Assembly (NCBI GenBank): GCA_051599415.1
Contig: AP039708.1
Location: 62,001-126,000, forward strand
From: Savitreella phatthalungensis
Taxonomy: Eukaryota
Direction: 5' to 3'
DNA: 64,000 nucleotides
A program made the translations under genes and the position numbers. Positions within the stretch are counted from its first letter, which is position 1. Each line of letters begins with the position of its first letter. The notes below the pieces were generated by a model that was not told the DNA's origin, did not search any database, and was given only the letters and a program-made list of their open reading frames with translations. Shown one piece after another: positions 44,702-54,900 of the stretch.

Positions 44702-45917
44702 TTACTATGCGGCGTGCACCCACAGCTATATAGGTAGATTGGCGTTCATGGAGTCTGTGCGCGCCAAGGATGTCTGTGTGTTCTCCATGGAGGTGGAGGT
44801 GGTGGTGGTAAACCTCCCGGACGTCACGGTCCGCCGAGTGACTGTCTCATCCGACAAACTATTCATGACGATGACACAAGACAACGGTTGAATCCCAATG
44901 TGCCGCCGCCTAACAAAAATCATCCGAGCTCTAGTTACCGTGCCAAGCTATCAAAGGCGGCTTTAGTCAGGAAATATGGAAAGGAGCGAGATGGCACTCA
45001 GACCTTTTACTCGATATCTGTGTAACCTGTTGACAGTCGTGAATGTGAGTAAACGTGAGTACGCCAAGCAGAGTGCTTTCGACAGGAGAGCCGCGGAATA
45101 CTTTGCCGCCACACTCGCACCCCGAGAAGACGTAGATTTGTGCGAGGTCAATCAACAGATACACAGTCAGCTTCTATTCAAGTCAGAAAGAAGCGAAAAA
45201 AAAAGAGTGGAGGAAAGCCTGACCCGTGCATCTTCGATATGACCCAGATTTCGACCTTTTGTAGATTGCTCATTGTCAATTCGCGTGTTTCTCGCGTGCC
45301 GGTTCAACGTGGAACCTGGTGGGCTCACATGCTTTGCCATGTTTTTCCGTCCGCCAGATTCACGAGTGACACGAGTCAGATGGCTTCGATAATCTGTACC
45401 CCTGTGGATAGTATGGACTTGACTTGGATCTGGGCGATCACAAGAGGAGGACGGCGTTTAATATACAGCCGAGGCTCCGCTTTATTACCCGTTCTGGCAT
45501 ATTAGGCCGTCAATAGTCTGCTGCTCAGAATCAACAAATTCACACTAAAGTTGAAACAAAACGTTGTAGGCTGAAGGAATGCATGCATGCTAATTTGATC
45601 TCATACGAATTGACCACATATATGATATGATCATCAATCGAATAGACAAGTACGCGTCCATTCACCCGGCCATGCACATACACGTACCTGCACCTACCTA
45701 GATACCATGCACCTGGGCAGCTAGAAACTCACGTACATGCACATGCACATGCACAAATGCACATGCACAAATGCACACCCTACACACATCAGTATAAAAA
45801 GACATACGTCAGATGCACGATATGATCAAAGTATACTGTAGATACCCTTCACATCATCTCCCTAACTCTCTCTGACTTAACGCTTCAAAGATGCACAAAT
45901 CATAGGTCAATGGCAAG

Positions 45918-47921
45918 ATGGCTGACAACAGCACCCACAAGATTCTCAAGAAAGGTGCTCTAGACCTCTCGCTCTTTTGCAAAGAACAGATCGAATTCAT
46001 CGAGTCTGAGAGAGCACTTGAAGCTCAGGAGACACAGCTTGCAGCTTCTGCATTCTCTCGTAAGGAGCTAGAGAGACGAGGTCATGCAGTCCTCAACCTC
46101 GAAGTCGGAGGCACTCGTACCGGCTTTGGTGGCAAAACACTCGTAGAACTTGTACCACGCTCATCCACGCGTGATGGCAGATCCTCCTTCTCAGATGCCA
46201 TGCGCACAGGCGATCTCGTCCGTCTGCAACCGCAGCTCGCAGGATCGGCCAACAAGATCGAGCTTGCGGCAGCATCAAAAGACGGTGTCGATGGTGTGGT
46301 CACAAGGGTGTCAGACGACAAGATCACCTTGACCCTAGACCGGGAGGATGATGATGTCCCACAGGCGGCAACACTCTGGCTTGTGAAGCTTGCAAATTCC
46401 GTGACGTATGATCGAATGCTTGACAAGCTGCGAAAGATGCAGGAGCACCCTGAGAAAGCGTCATCCCTCACCCGCATACTGCTAGGTCAATCATCTCCTT
46501 CGGATCCAGACGCTTCCAATACCAAACTTGACTACTTCGATCTCACCCTTAATGCTACCCAGAAAGCTGCAGTCGTCCACGTCCTCGCATCACCCGAGCT
46601 CGCCCTCATTCACGGGCCACCAGGTACAGGCAAGACGTATACGCTCGTCGAAGTCATTCGCCAGCTCCATCTCCAGAAGAAGCGCGTCCTCGTGTGCGGA
46701 CCCTCCAACATCTCCGTCGACAACATCGTCGAACGACTCGCGCCGACCGGCGTTCCCATCGTCCGCACGGGTCACCCTGCACGACTACTGCCATCGGTCG
46801 TGGACCACGCTATCGATGTCCTGAGCCGGACTTCTGATGCTGGGGAGATCGTGCGGGATATCCGGAAAGAGCTCGATCAGAATCTTGCGAAGCTCGGTCG
46901 GGCGAAGGGGAAAGCGCGGCGTGAAATCTACGGTGAGGTGAAGGCGCTGCGGAAGGAGTTCCGCGTGCGTGAACGCCGAGCGGTGGATGAGATCCTGCGC
47001 GGATCGGCTGTCGTCCTGACGACCCTCCACGGCGCAGGCGCCAATCTCCTCCAAGGTGAACACTTCGACGTCGTCATCATCGACGAAGCAGCCCAAGCGC
47101 TCGAAGCATCATGCTGGATCCCACTCCTCACAGCCACAAAGTGCATCCTAGCTGGAGACCACCTCCAGCTATCCCCACTCGTCAGAGCCACCAAACCAAA
47201 ACCCACCCTGTTCGAACGCCTTCTGACCCTGCACGGTGACGGCATCAAAAGACTCCTGTCGGTCCAGTACCGGATGCACGAGCGGATATGCGAGTTTCCT
47301 TCCAGGGCACTCTACGGTGGCGAGCTCGTGGCAGGTGAGGGCGTTGCACACCGACTGCTGTCTGACCTGCCGCGCGTCATGGAAACAGAAGACACGATGG
47401 AGCCAGTCGTGCTGATCGACACGCAGGGCGACGTGTGTCCTGAGAACGCGGACGACGGTGTTCCCGAGGGCAAGTCACTGCAGGAATCAAAGTCGAACGA
47501 TGGAGAGGTCTCGCTGGTGGTAGGTCACGTGACAAAGCTGTGCCAGGCAGGTGGGGTCGATCCGGAGGACATCGCAGTGGTGACACCGTACTCTGCCCAG
47601 GTGGCTGCCATTCGACAAGCCCTGAGCGCGCTCGAGCGTGACAACGACTCCAGGATCGCGTACACAGCAGTCGAAGTAGGCACCGTCGACGGATTCCAAG
47701 GAAGGGAAAAACAAGCAATCGTCCTATCCCTCGTCAGGTCAAACGACAAAGGTCAAGTCGGATTCCTTGCAGACAAGAGGAGGCTCAACGTCGCCATGAC
47801 AAGGCCCAAGCGTCATCTCTGTGTGATCGGAGACTCCACCACCATCACCCGAGGAGGTGGAAAATTCCTAAAGGACTGGATGACCTGGCTGACGGAGAAT
47901 GCAGACCTCAGGTACCCATAG
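45918..47921 (+). CDS. HCS1: SF1 Upf1-like helicase Hcs1/IGHMBP2 (DNA helicase A)
   Basis: IHGPPGTGKT, SNISVDN, IIDEAAQALE, LAGDHLQL, QYRMH, TVDGFQGREK and RRLNVAMTR. Confidence 0.94.
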   Translation: MADNSTHKILKKGALDLSLFCKEQIEFIESERALEAQETQLAASAFSRKELERRGHAVLNLEVGGTRTGFGGKTLVELVPRSSTRDGRSSFSDAMRTGDLVRLQPQLAGSANKIELAAASKDGVDGVVTRVSDDKITLTLDREDDDVPQAATLWLVKLANSVTYDRMLDKLRKMQEHPEKASSLTRILLGQSSPSDPDASNTKLDYFDLTLNATQKAAVVHVLASPELALIHGPPGTGKTYTLVEVIRQLHLQKKRVLVCGPSNISVDNIVERLAPTGVPIVRTGHPARLLPSVVDHAIDVLSRTSDAGEIVRDIRKELDQNLAKLGRAKGKARREIYGEVKALRKEFRVRERRAVDEILRGSAVVLTTLHGAGANLLQGEHFDVVIIDEAAQALEASCWIPLLTATKCILAGDHLQLSPLVRATKPKPTLFERLLTLHGDGIKRLLSVQYRMHERICEFPSRALYGGELVAGEGVAHRLLSDLPRVMETEDTMEPVVLIDTQGDVCPENADDGVPEGKSLQESKSNDGEVSLVVGHVTKLCQAGGVDPEDIAVVTPYSAQVAAIRQALSALERDNDSRIAYTAVEVGTVDGFQGREKQAIVLSLVRSNDKGQVGFLADKRRLNVAMTRPKRHLCVIGDSTTITRGGGKFLKDWMTWLTENADLRYP

Positions 47922-47949
47922 TCAAAAGTAAAACACGAGTATGATGATG

Positions 47950-48087
47950 ACTCCCTGACTGACTCTCTGACTGTCTGACTCTCTGACTCTCTGACTCTCT
48001 GACTCTCTGACTCCCTGCTTGACTGACTCACTGACTGACTGACTCCCTGGCTCCCTGACTGACTCCCTGACTCCCTGACAGACCTCC
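47950..48087 (+). repeat. Compound GACT-based micro/minisatellite (GACTCTCT / GACTCCCT / GACT units)
   Basis: Directly visible tandem units between the HCS1 stop and the tRNA. Confidence 0.9.
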
Positions 48088-48147
48088 CTGTGTGACCCAC
48101 CAATCGCCGTACATGTACCCTTCCCTGGCAACTCCCCCTATCCACCG

Positions 48148-48260
48148 GGGTCGATGGTGTAGTGGTATCACACTTGTTTTGCACTGGCGCTAGTCTGAAA
48201 TTTATTCGGATTGCGCTGGAAAAATACAAGAGGCCAGGGGTTCGAACCCCCTTCGATCCA
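48148..48260 (+). tRNA. tRNA-Ala(UGC) with a 41-nt intron (48184-48224)
   Basis: Acceptor stem GGGTCGA/TCGATCC with G3:U70 and discriminator A; D-arm GTGTAGTGGTATCAC; anticodon stem CTTGT/ACAAG with TGC at 48180-48182; T-arm AGGGG-TTCGAAC-CCCCT; TTTTTT terminator at 48263-48268. Confidence 0.95.
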
Positions 48261-48668
48261 CCTTTTTTGTTTGATCTTTTTCAAATTGCTTTTTCGTCAT
48301 CTCAAATTGCTTTTTGTCATTTTAAATGATATCTTCATCTGCTATTCATTGAAGATATTATCTGGTGACAGGACAGATAGGATCTGAGTGAGTCCCGGCT
48401 TCCATGCTTCTATACTTTCCGTACATCGTCCGTATGCAGTCGCTGCTGGCTATCGCTGACGCGTTCGATTGTCTGACCACTCGCTTACTGTCAAGATGGC
48501 CAGGTCTCTCATCCTTGTCCGTGCCCGTGCTCCCGCTCTCTGCCGGTGTGGGCGTAACGCGTCGCCGGCTCCACACCTGTCCCTGATTCGCGCGTATGGC
48601 TGTGTCAGGACAGATGCACGCCAAAGACGCGTTCCCTCTCGTAATCCTTTCGAGTAATTCATTTGTCT

Positions 48669-49922
48669 ATGAGCACGCGTCCAGTCAAGAAAGCCAAGAT
48701 GACAGACGCTCCAATGACAGACACGCCTGCCCTCCCTGCCAACACCGTCCTCGATGCGTCAGTCTTTGCACGACTCCAGGCGTCGATCGACCGAGACGCC
48801 GACTTCAGAGAGCAGCTCCGTGGAGTGACGCGCGAACTCGACCGGGTCGCTCGCAGCATCAGCTTCATCCTCCTGGGCGCCCACGGCGGTCCAAACGCTC
48901 TCGCTGCCGAAGCTTCAGGACTGCCACCGCTCTTCGACGCCCAGCGAACGTACCTCGCACAGCTAGCCTCCATCGTCTCGGGCCAGCCGTACTACAAGTA
49001 CGCGTCGATGTTCTCGTCGCAGATGCAGGCTGCATGCTTTGGTGTCGTGTTTGCCCGGTGGCTTGGTGTCGGGGGCGCGCGTGGTGAGTTGCTGACGCTG
49101 GAACAGGTGGGCGAAACCCTCGGTGTCCCCACAACCTCAACCTCCTCCTCCGCCACCGACGACGACCACTTCCACCTCCCGCTCGAGGACTACCTCCACG
49201 CCCTCATCTCCCTCATCAACGAGCTCTCACGCCTGGCAGTGAACGCCGCAACACACGCAGACTACACACTCCCACCAAAAATCGACGCCTTCATCAAGCA
49301 ACTCTTTGCAGGATTTCAGGTCCTGAACCTCAAGAACGACTCGCTCAGACGCCGCTTCGACGGGATCAAGTACGACGTCAAGAAGGTCGAGGAAGTCGTG
49401 TACGACCTGCGACTTCGAGGTCTCGTCGGCGATGGCATCCCCGCAGACGCCGTCACCCCAGCTGCTGCAACTGCTCCTGCACCTGCACAGCCGTACCTGA
49501 AGATCAAGCTGCTGACACCGGAGGCGCGTGCACCGACGCGTGGGTCTGCGTTGGCCGCAGGGTACGACATGTACGCTTCCGAGAGCTGCGTTGTCGGGTG
49601 TGGTGGCGGGCGGACGCTCGTGAAGACTGGGGTGGCGATGGCTGTGCCGGCTGACTGCTATGGCCGTGTGGCGCCTCGGTCTGGGCTGGCTGTGAAGAGC
49701 GGGATCGCGACTGGCGCAGGCGTCATCGACGCTGACTACCGCGGCGAAGTCAGAATCCTCCTCTTCAACCATCACCCCTCCCAAGACTTCCAAATCAACA
49801 CGGGAGACCGGATCGCCCAACTCGTCCTCGAGCGCATCTACACCCCAGACCTCCACGTCGTCCAGGATCTAGACGAGAGTGTCAGAGGTGCAGGAGGATT
49901 CGGATCAACAGGTACCAATTAG
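48669..49922 (+). CDS. Translin-dUTPase fusion protein
   Basis: One stop-free ORF. Translin spans about 48750-49427 ([74 protein letters not shown]). An Ala/Pro linker follows. The dUTPase spans about 49491-49919 with motifs I-V ([44 protein letters not shown]). Confidence 0.9.
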   Translation: MSTRPVKKAKMTDAPMTDTPALPANTVLDASVFARLQASIDRDADFREQLRGVTRELDRVARSISFILLGAHGGPNALAAEASGLPPLFDAQRTYLAQLASIVSGQPYYKYASMFSSQMQAACFGVVFARWLGVGGARGELLTLEQVGETLGVPTTSTSSSATDDDHFHLPLEDYLHALISLINELSRLAVNAATHADYTLPPKIDAFIKQLFAGFQVLNLKNDSLRRRFDGIKYDVKKVEEVVYDLRLRGLVGDGIPADAVTPAAATAPAPAQPYLKIKLLTPEARAPTRGSALAAGYDMYASESCVVGCGGGRTLVKTGVAMAVPADCYGRVAPRSGLAVKSGIATGAGVIDADYRGEVRILLFNHHPSQDFQINTGDRIAQLVLERIYTPDLHVVQDLDESVRGAGGFGSTGTN

Positions 49923-49991
49923 CAAATGATTAGAGAGAAAAAAACAACACATACACTATACGACGCTCTAGACACCCTCGACCTCTCACCT

Positions 49992-50735
49992 CTACCGCAG
50001 GCAGGTGTTGAAAATCCGGCGTAAGAAGCGCATGATGAGTCTGCGATTCTGTGGGGTGTTGTACTGCTGCCAGTTGGCTCCACCGGCCCCTGCCCCCTGT
50101 TGCTGCTGCTGCTGCTGTGGGTAGTATTGCTGCTGTGGTGGGTATGGGCCTTGACCAGCCACGCCCTGTGGTCCTGGAGCCGGATACCCTTGGGCACCGC
50201 CCTGCGGGAACGTGACGTAGATCCTGCCCTCGTTGTGCTCTGTGCGGTATTGGAAGTTATGCTGCCTGCAGAGTTCCTCGATCGCTGGCTTGAGCTTCTG
50301 GATGTGTCCGGCAGAGTGGATTCCCTTGCCGACGATGATGTGCAGGTGATTGTCCCCGCGACTCATGCACGCCACCACCCGCTGCTCGACGTACACCTTG
50401 GCCTCGTCGACGTGCAAGCCGTGCAGATCGATCTCGTCCGCAGCGCACCCTGCATTGTTCGCCCTGAACACGTACAGCGCTGCAGCCTCGTTGTGCATCT
50501 GCATCTGTCGACCGTGCGACGCAGCCTCCTCGCTCTTAGCCTTCGCCAGCGCACCGTCACCACGCGCGTACGCTGCCTTGCTAGCCTCGATGCACCGACC
50601 ACGCATGTTCGCCTCGCTAGCAGCCAGACCCCGCAGCCGATCGTACTCAGCATCGTCAGCATGGTTGCCCCCTCGCCGGTCGTGGTTGAATGCAGGGATG
50701 CCCTGGGGCCGGCCGATGTTGGTGAACGCCGACAT
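49992..50735 (-). CDS. DUF1771 + Smr-domain protein (Ypl199c-like putative endonuclease)
   Basis: EYDRLRGLA...SKAAYARGDGALAK, IDLHGLHVDEA and HIIVGKGIHS; first ATG at 50735. Confidence 0.9.
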   Translation of the reverse strand: MSAFTNIGRPQGIPAFNHDRRGGNHADDAEYDRLRGLAASEANMRGRCIEASKAAYARGDGALAKAKSEEAASHGRQMQMHNEAAALYVFRANNAGCAADEIDLHGLHVDEAKVYVEQRVVACMSRGDNHLHIIVGKGIHSAGHIQKLKPAIEELCRQHNFQYRTEHNEGRIYVTFPQGGAQGYPAPGPQGVAGQGPYPPQQQYYPQQQQQQQGAGAGGANWQQYNTPQNRRLIMRFLRRIFNTCLR

Positions 50736-51168
50736 GGGCGGCGGCCTGATGTGGTCGTGGAGGATGTGTGATTTCGCAGCCGTCGTCAGTCGTCTGACGA
50801 TCGGAACACCCAGCGATTTAGGGCCGGCAGTGGTGGAAAAGAGGTAGATACCTGTGAATACACGTCTGGTCGCCAGCGGATGAGTTATCTGGACGGAGTC
50901 CTGGTGCTTTTGGGTTATGGATACCGAAGCCTTGTTTCTTGTGGTACCGGCCGATCGATCGATGACCCGCACTGTTTGAGCTCCTCGTCTCGAGAGCTCC
51001 GGGAATCCGAGGCCATCGAACCTTGTTTTTTTGTCTCGGGGAGATTTTTTTCTTAATCTGGAAAGGGAGGTCAAGGTCGCACAAGAATCAAATTTAAATC
51101 TTAAATCTGCCACAGATCTGTGACAGGCTAGCTCGCACAAGAGATAACTCTAAAAGGAGTGTGATACG

Positions 51169-51660
51169 CTAGGACCCCGGAGTTGACGTCGGCGAGAAGG
51201 TCGGTGTGGATGTGGCGACGACGGCTTGGGGGTCAGCCGTGGTCAGGTCGTCTGTGGTGAAGATTCGAGGTCCTGGTCCTAGGAACGGGGTGACACAGGA
51301 GATCGAGCCTTCTGCAGTGCACGTGAAGACGACTTCCAATATCGGCGTTTGTGTGGGAGTCGCCGTAGGTGTGGGACTTGACTCCGAGTAGATAGGAGAA
51401 GAGGATGACGGCTGTGGTTGCCAGTATGGTTTTTCTGCGAGAGATTCTGATGGGGTTGCTGCGGCTGGTGTGGGCGATGTAAATGCCGAGAAGAAATCTG
51501 TTGGGATTGTGGTCGAGTTGGTGATCTCGTCGAGCGCGATGCCAGCACCCCTATACGGCATCTTTTTGAGGTGATCGCGGTGAGCACTATCTGTAGGATG
51601 CGGAAACGCTAGCGCTAGCGCTATGCATGTGCACAAGATGTAGACCGGACGGTACTTCAT
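51169..51660 (-). CDS. Small secreted Ser/Thr/Pro-rich protein (hypothetical)
   Basis: 163 aa; signal peptide MKYRPVYILCTCIALALAFP, mucin-like composition, and one Cys pair (CTAEGSISC). Confidence 0.55.
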   Translation of the reverse strand: MKYRPVYILCTCIALALAFPHPTDSAHRDHLKKMPYRGAGIALDEITNSTTIPTDFFSAFTSPTPAAATPSESLAEKPYWQPQPSSSSPIYSESSPTPTATPTQTPILEVVFTCTAEGSISCVTPFLGPGPRIFTTDDLTTADPQAVVATSTPTFSPTSTPGS

Positions 51661-51941
51661 GAGGAAGGATATTGAGTCGTCGTGTTGTCTTGATCACTGT
51701 CGTGGGTCGGTGCACGTCGCGAGCAAGCAGACAGACAGGCAGGTGATCATGCGACGATCGAAGAGCCTTTGTAGAGGGATGAGCGGATACGGTGACGGAC
51801 GGCTCGGAAGAGCATGACCTACCACGCGACCTGATTTGCAACACGTCTCCCGCAAACACAACCACCCGAAATGGTCTACGGCTCACATGGGCTGAAGGGT
51901 CGACGGGATTGCAATGACATTTGAATGAAAGGACTGACTGT

Positions 51942-54900
51942 CTAGAACCATGATGGTGAATGAGTTGAGTTGATGGGCGTTCGAGGTGATTTCGGCTGCC
52001 ACGCGGGCGGTTGGTGCGTGGCTTCCAAGGGTAGACTTGCCGCAGATGATCTGGCTGTCGAGGAGATGTAGGAGGAGGATGAAGGTGTAGGTGGCCCAGG
52101 TGATTGTTTGTTGCGAGAGACCCAGGCGTGGACGATGGCGTTCTCGAAAGAGCACGCGAGACTGTCGAGTGGCGAAGCTGTGGAAGCACGCGACAGTGAT
52201 CGCTCGAGTCCGAAGCTCGTCGTCGAGAGAGGCGATGAGGGAGAGGAGATGGTCGAGCGGGTGAGAGGCCGATTTGTCTGCCTAGATTGAGGCAACTGTA
52301 TCCCGGGAGATTCTCCAGCAGCCGAACAAGCGTGGTCTTGCAGTGGCGGCACATACAGACGAACTGCCGGACACTCAGGCTCGAGTATAGATGACAGTAT
52401 ATGATCTAACTCAAGGAGACTGGCTTGCAACTTGAGATGGCGATCGACTGCCGTGGCGTCAGTACATTGGCTTGCTCGGGATTCTGTTGAGTTTGATCTC
52501 ACGTTGACGCAGCTTGGCAAGGTCGACAAGGGAGAGTGCGGGATCTTGCGAGGATGGAAGTCTGCTGGCTAGACTTGGTGCTGCTGCTGGGCCATTGTAA
52601 ATGCGGACGAGGTCGTCGAGGAAGACATCTGGTGTGGCGTCAGTCTGGGTTTCGTTAAGCGGTGGTGATCTCAATTGTACTTACCGAGTGATGGAACGAG
52701 CGGTCGCTGGGCTTTGCTGTGAATCATCTTGCGGTATGCCGCAAAGTCGTCCTTTATGCAGACAATGCCGTTGAGTTGAGCCCAGGAGACGGCGTAGTGG
52801 GTCCCTAGGATGGCCACCGCTTCTCGCACAGGCTTGATACATCCACCATCTGTCAGACCACGGACAAGACAGAAGAGTGTGTTGTAGTCGCCTGCAAACC
52901 GAAGTTCTTCGCACAGGTCGATCAGCCATCGCACGTTCTGGACCATATCGTTGCTCGTCAACACACGCCTGGAAGTCTGCACGTCAGTGATCATTCAGCT
53001 TTTGAGAGGGACAGGGTGTCGAGAAGGACTCACCCAGTTGGCGAGCATCGCATTGCGACGACGAACATTGCTGAGAGCGATAAGCACGGGTGATGAGCCG
53101 CGGTAGACCGCTTGACGCGACCTGAGCCAGTACGCAATCGACTCTGGGACTAGGACTGCGCGGAGGAGGTAGAGGGAGGTGGATGCGAGCACTTGAACTA
53201 GCTTGGGAAAGTCGAGGTGCTGAGAGATGTGCTGTATGGACGGGAAGGTCGCGATGGCGTTCGCTTCTTGGACGGAAAGGGCATTCGCGCGGGCGAGGGC
53301 AGCATCGAGTGTTTCCTGAGAGATGGAGGCGGCTTCGCCGGCGGCGGCGTGACGAGCATCCGCATTCAGGACGAGGGTGAGTGAGCACTCGATTTCGCGG
53401 GACGCGGTGAAGTGGCTGGCCGCACGAAGCTCTGTCGCAAAGACAAAAGCCATCTCCTGCATTGTCTCCGAGGTTGACCAGTCTCGAGGCGCATTTTGCG
53501 ACATCCACCTCACCACTAGACTAACGAGCTTGTTGCACGCCGCGTTCTCGCCGATGTCAGATCGTCGCCAGAAAGTGTGGATGATGAGCTGCAGGAACTG
53601 GGAATGGGTGACGGTGAGAGCGTGGTAATTGAGAAGATGATCGACATAGGATGTAGGGTCTGTCAGCTTGGTCGAGCTGGTGAGGAGTTCCGCAAGGAGA
53701 GCGGGAATTGTTCCTGCGACCGCAACGCTGCTGTACTTGGTCTTTTCATAGATGAGCACGATATGGCCACGGTCGTCACGGACGAACCTGAGTTCTTTTC
53801 CCTCGACGCTCGAAGCCGGCTTGCCGTACGGGGTCACACGCTGATCGTTGCGTAAAGTTAGGGTGCTGATGGACTTGACGAGCTTCGACAAGATGCCGCG
53901 GTCGGTCTGCAAACGCGAAGATGTGGCGGCGGGATCGACGGTGCTCGACTGCTGGCGCTCGTCCTCGGAGTCGTCCTCGAAGATGCTGTCACTTGACGTC
54001 AGGCGCGAGAAGGGGATCGTCGGAGCTGGAACTTTTCTGGTGCGTGATGGCTTGCGGTCTTGGAGGGGACTGTGCGGGAGGACATCGTCGTGAGCCATGG
54101 CCTCGTTGTAACTCTCCTGTGTGCCGTATCCTGGTCGAGTGGCGGCATCGAGACCGAAGTTGAGCAGTCCGGATGGTGAGTTCTTCCTGTCCTGGCTGAA
54201 GGTCGGACGGGGCGGGCGAGCGAGGGACGAGGCCTTCGATGAGTTGATGGCCGACCATTCGGTACTCATGTCACTCGAGTTGTTTGCTGCGAGACCGGGC
54301 GTTGACATTGTCGGTGCGGGACTGGCGACAAAATCGAGGCTGTCGAGAGCACGGCGTGGCGTGTGAGACTTGCGCGATTCGCGCTTACGCGAAGACGATG
54401 TCATGGGCTGGCGACCACGGGGGCCTTGATCTTTTGGAGTCTTCGGGATGACGCTGGCTCTCGGGGTCTCGAGCGTCTCCGCATTGTCTTCCAGGTCGGC
54501 ATCGCTCGGCACATTCGCTTCAGGTCGAGGTTGGCCGCCACTATTACCTCCCTTGGCCACGGCAGAAACAGCACGATCAAGTTCACGAGCAATCTCGTCG
54601 AGCTCAGGAGTCTCGTCAGCGTACAGATGGCGATGCTGACGACGTCTTCGTCGTGACGCGAATTCTTCGACCTCGCTCTCTGACGACGGATAGATGAAGA
54701 GGTCTGCATTCTTGATGATACCTCGGCCGGTGTGCTGGGCTGACAGCTGACGTCGCACGGCGAGACTCGGTCGCTTGCGTAGCATAACGCCTGGCTGAGT
54801 CAGGTCTTCGGCGAGGGAAGACAGGTCACTGTCGGTGTCGATGTCAGACATCGTGTGGGAGCTCATCATCCGAGACATCGGTGGCGCCTGTCGAGGTCGC

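Noticed and set aside
47950..48087. Possible CRISPR-like or telomeric array
   Set aside because: Simple 4- and 8-nt units without unique spacers; an ordinary microsatellite
48148..48260. Reading the tRNA as Cys(GCA)
   Set aside because: The stem register puts TGC at positions 34-36, and the G3:U70 pair with discriminator A identifies Ala
48750..49490. Idea that translin sits in an alternatively spliced intron of the dUTPase gene
   Set aside because: The candidate donor GTCAGT (phase 2) and acceptor GCACAG (phase 0) are out of phase, and no CTRAC branch point precedes the acceptor
50736..51140. N-terminal extension of the Smr ORF
   Set aside because: Begins at a non-ATG codon and has no domain features; the first ATG is at 50735
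51587..52354. 255-aa ORF overlapping the RasGEF last exon
   Set aside because: Alternative frame of the spliced RasGEF terminal exon and its 3' UTR; no motif
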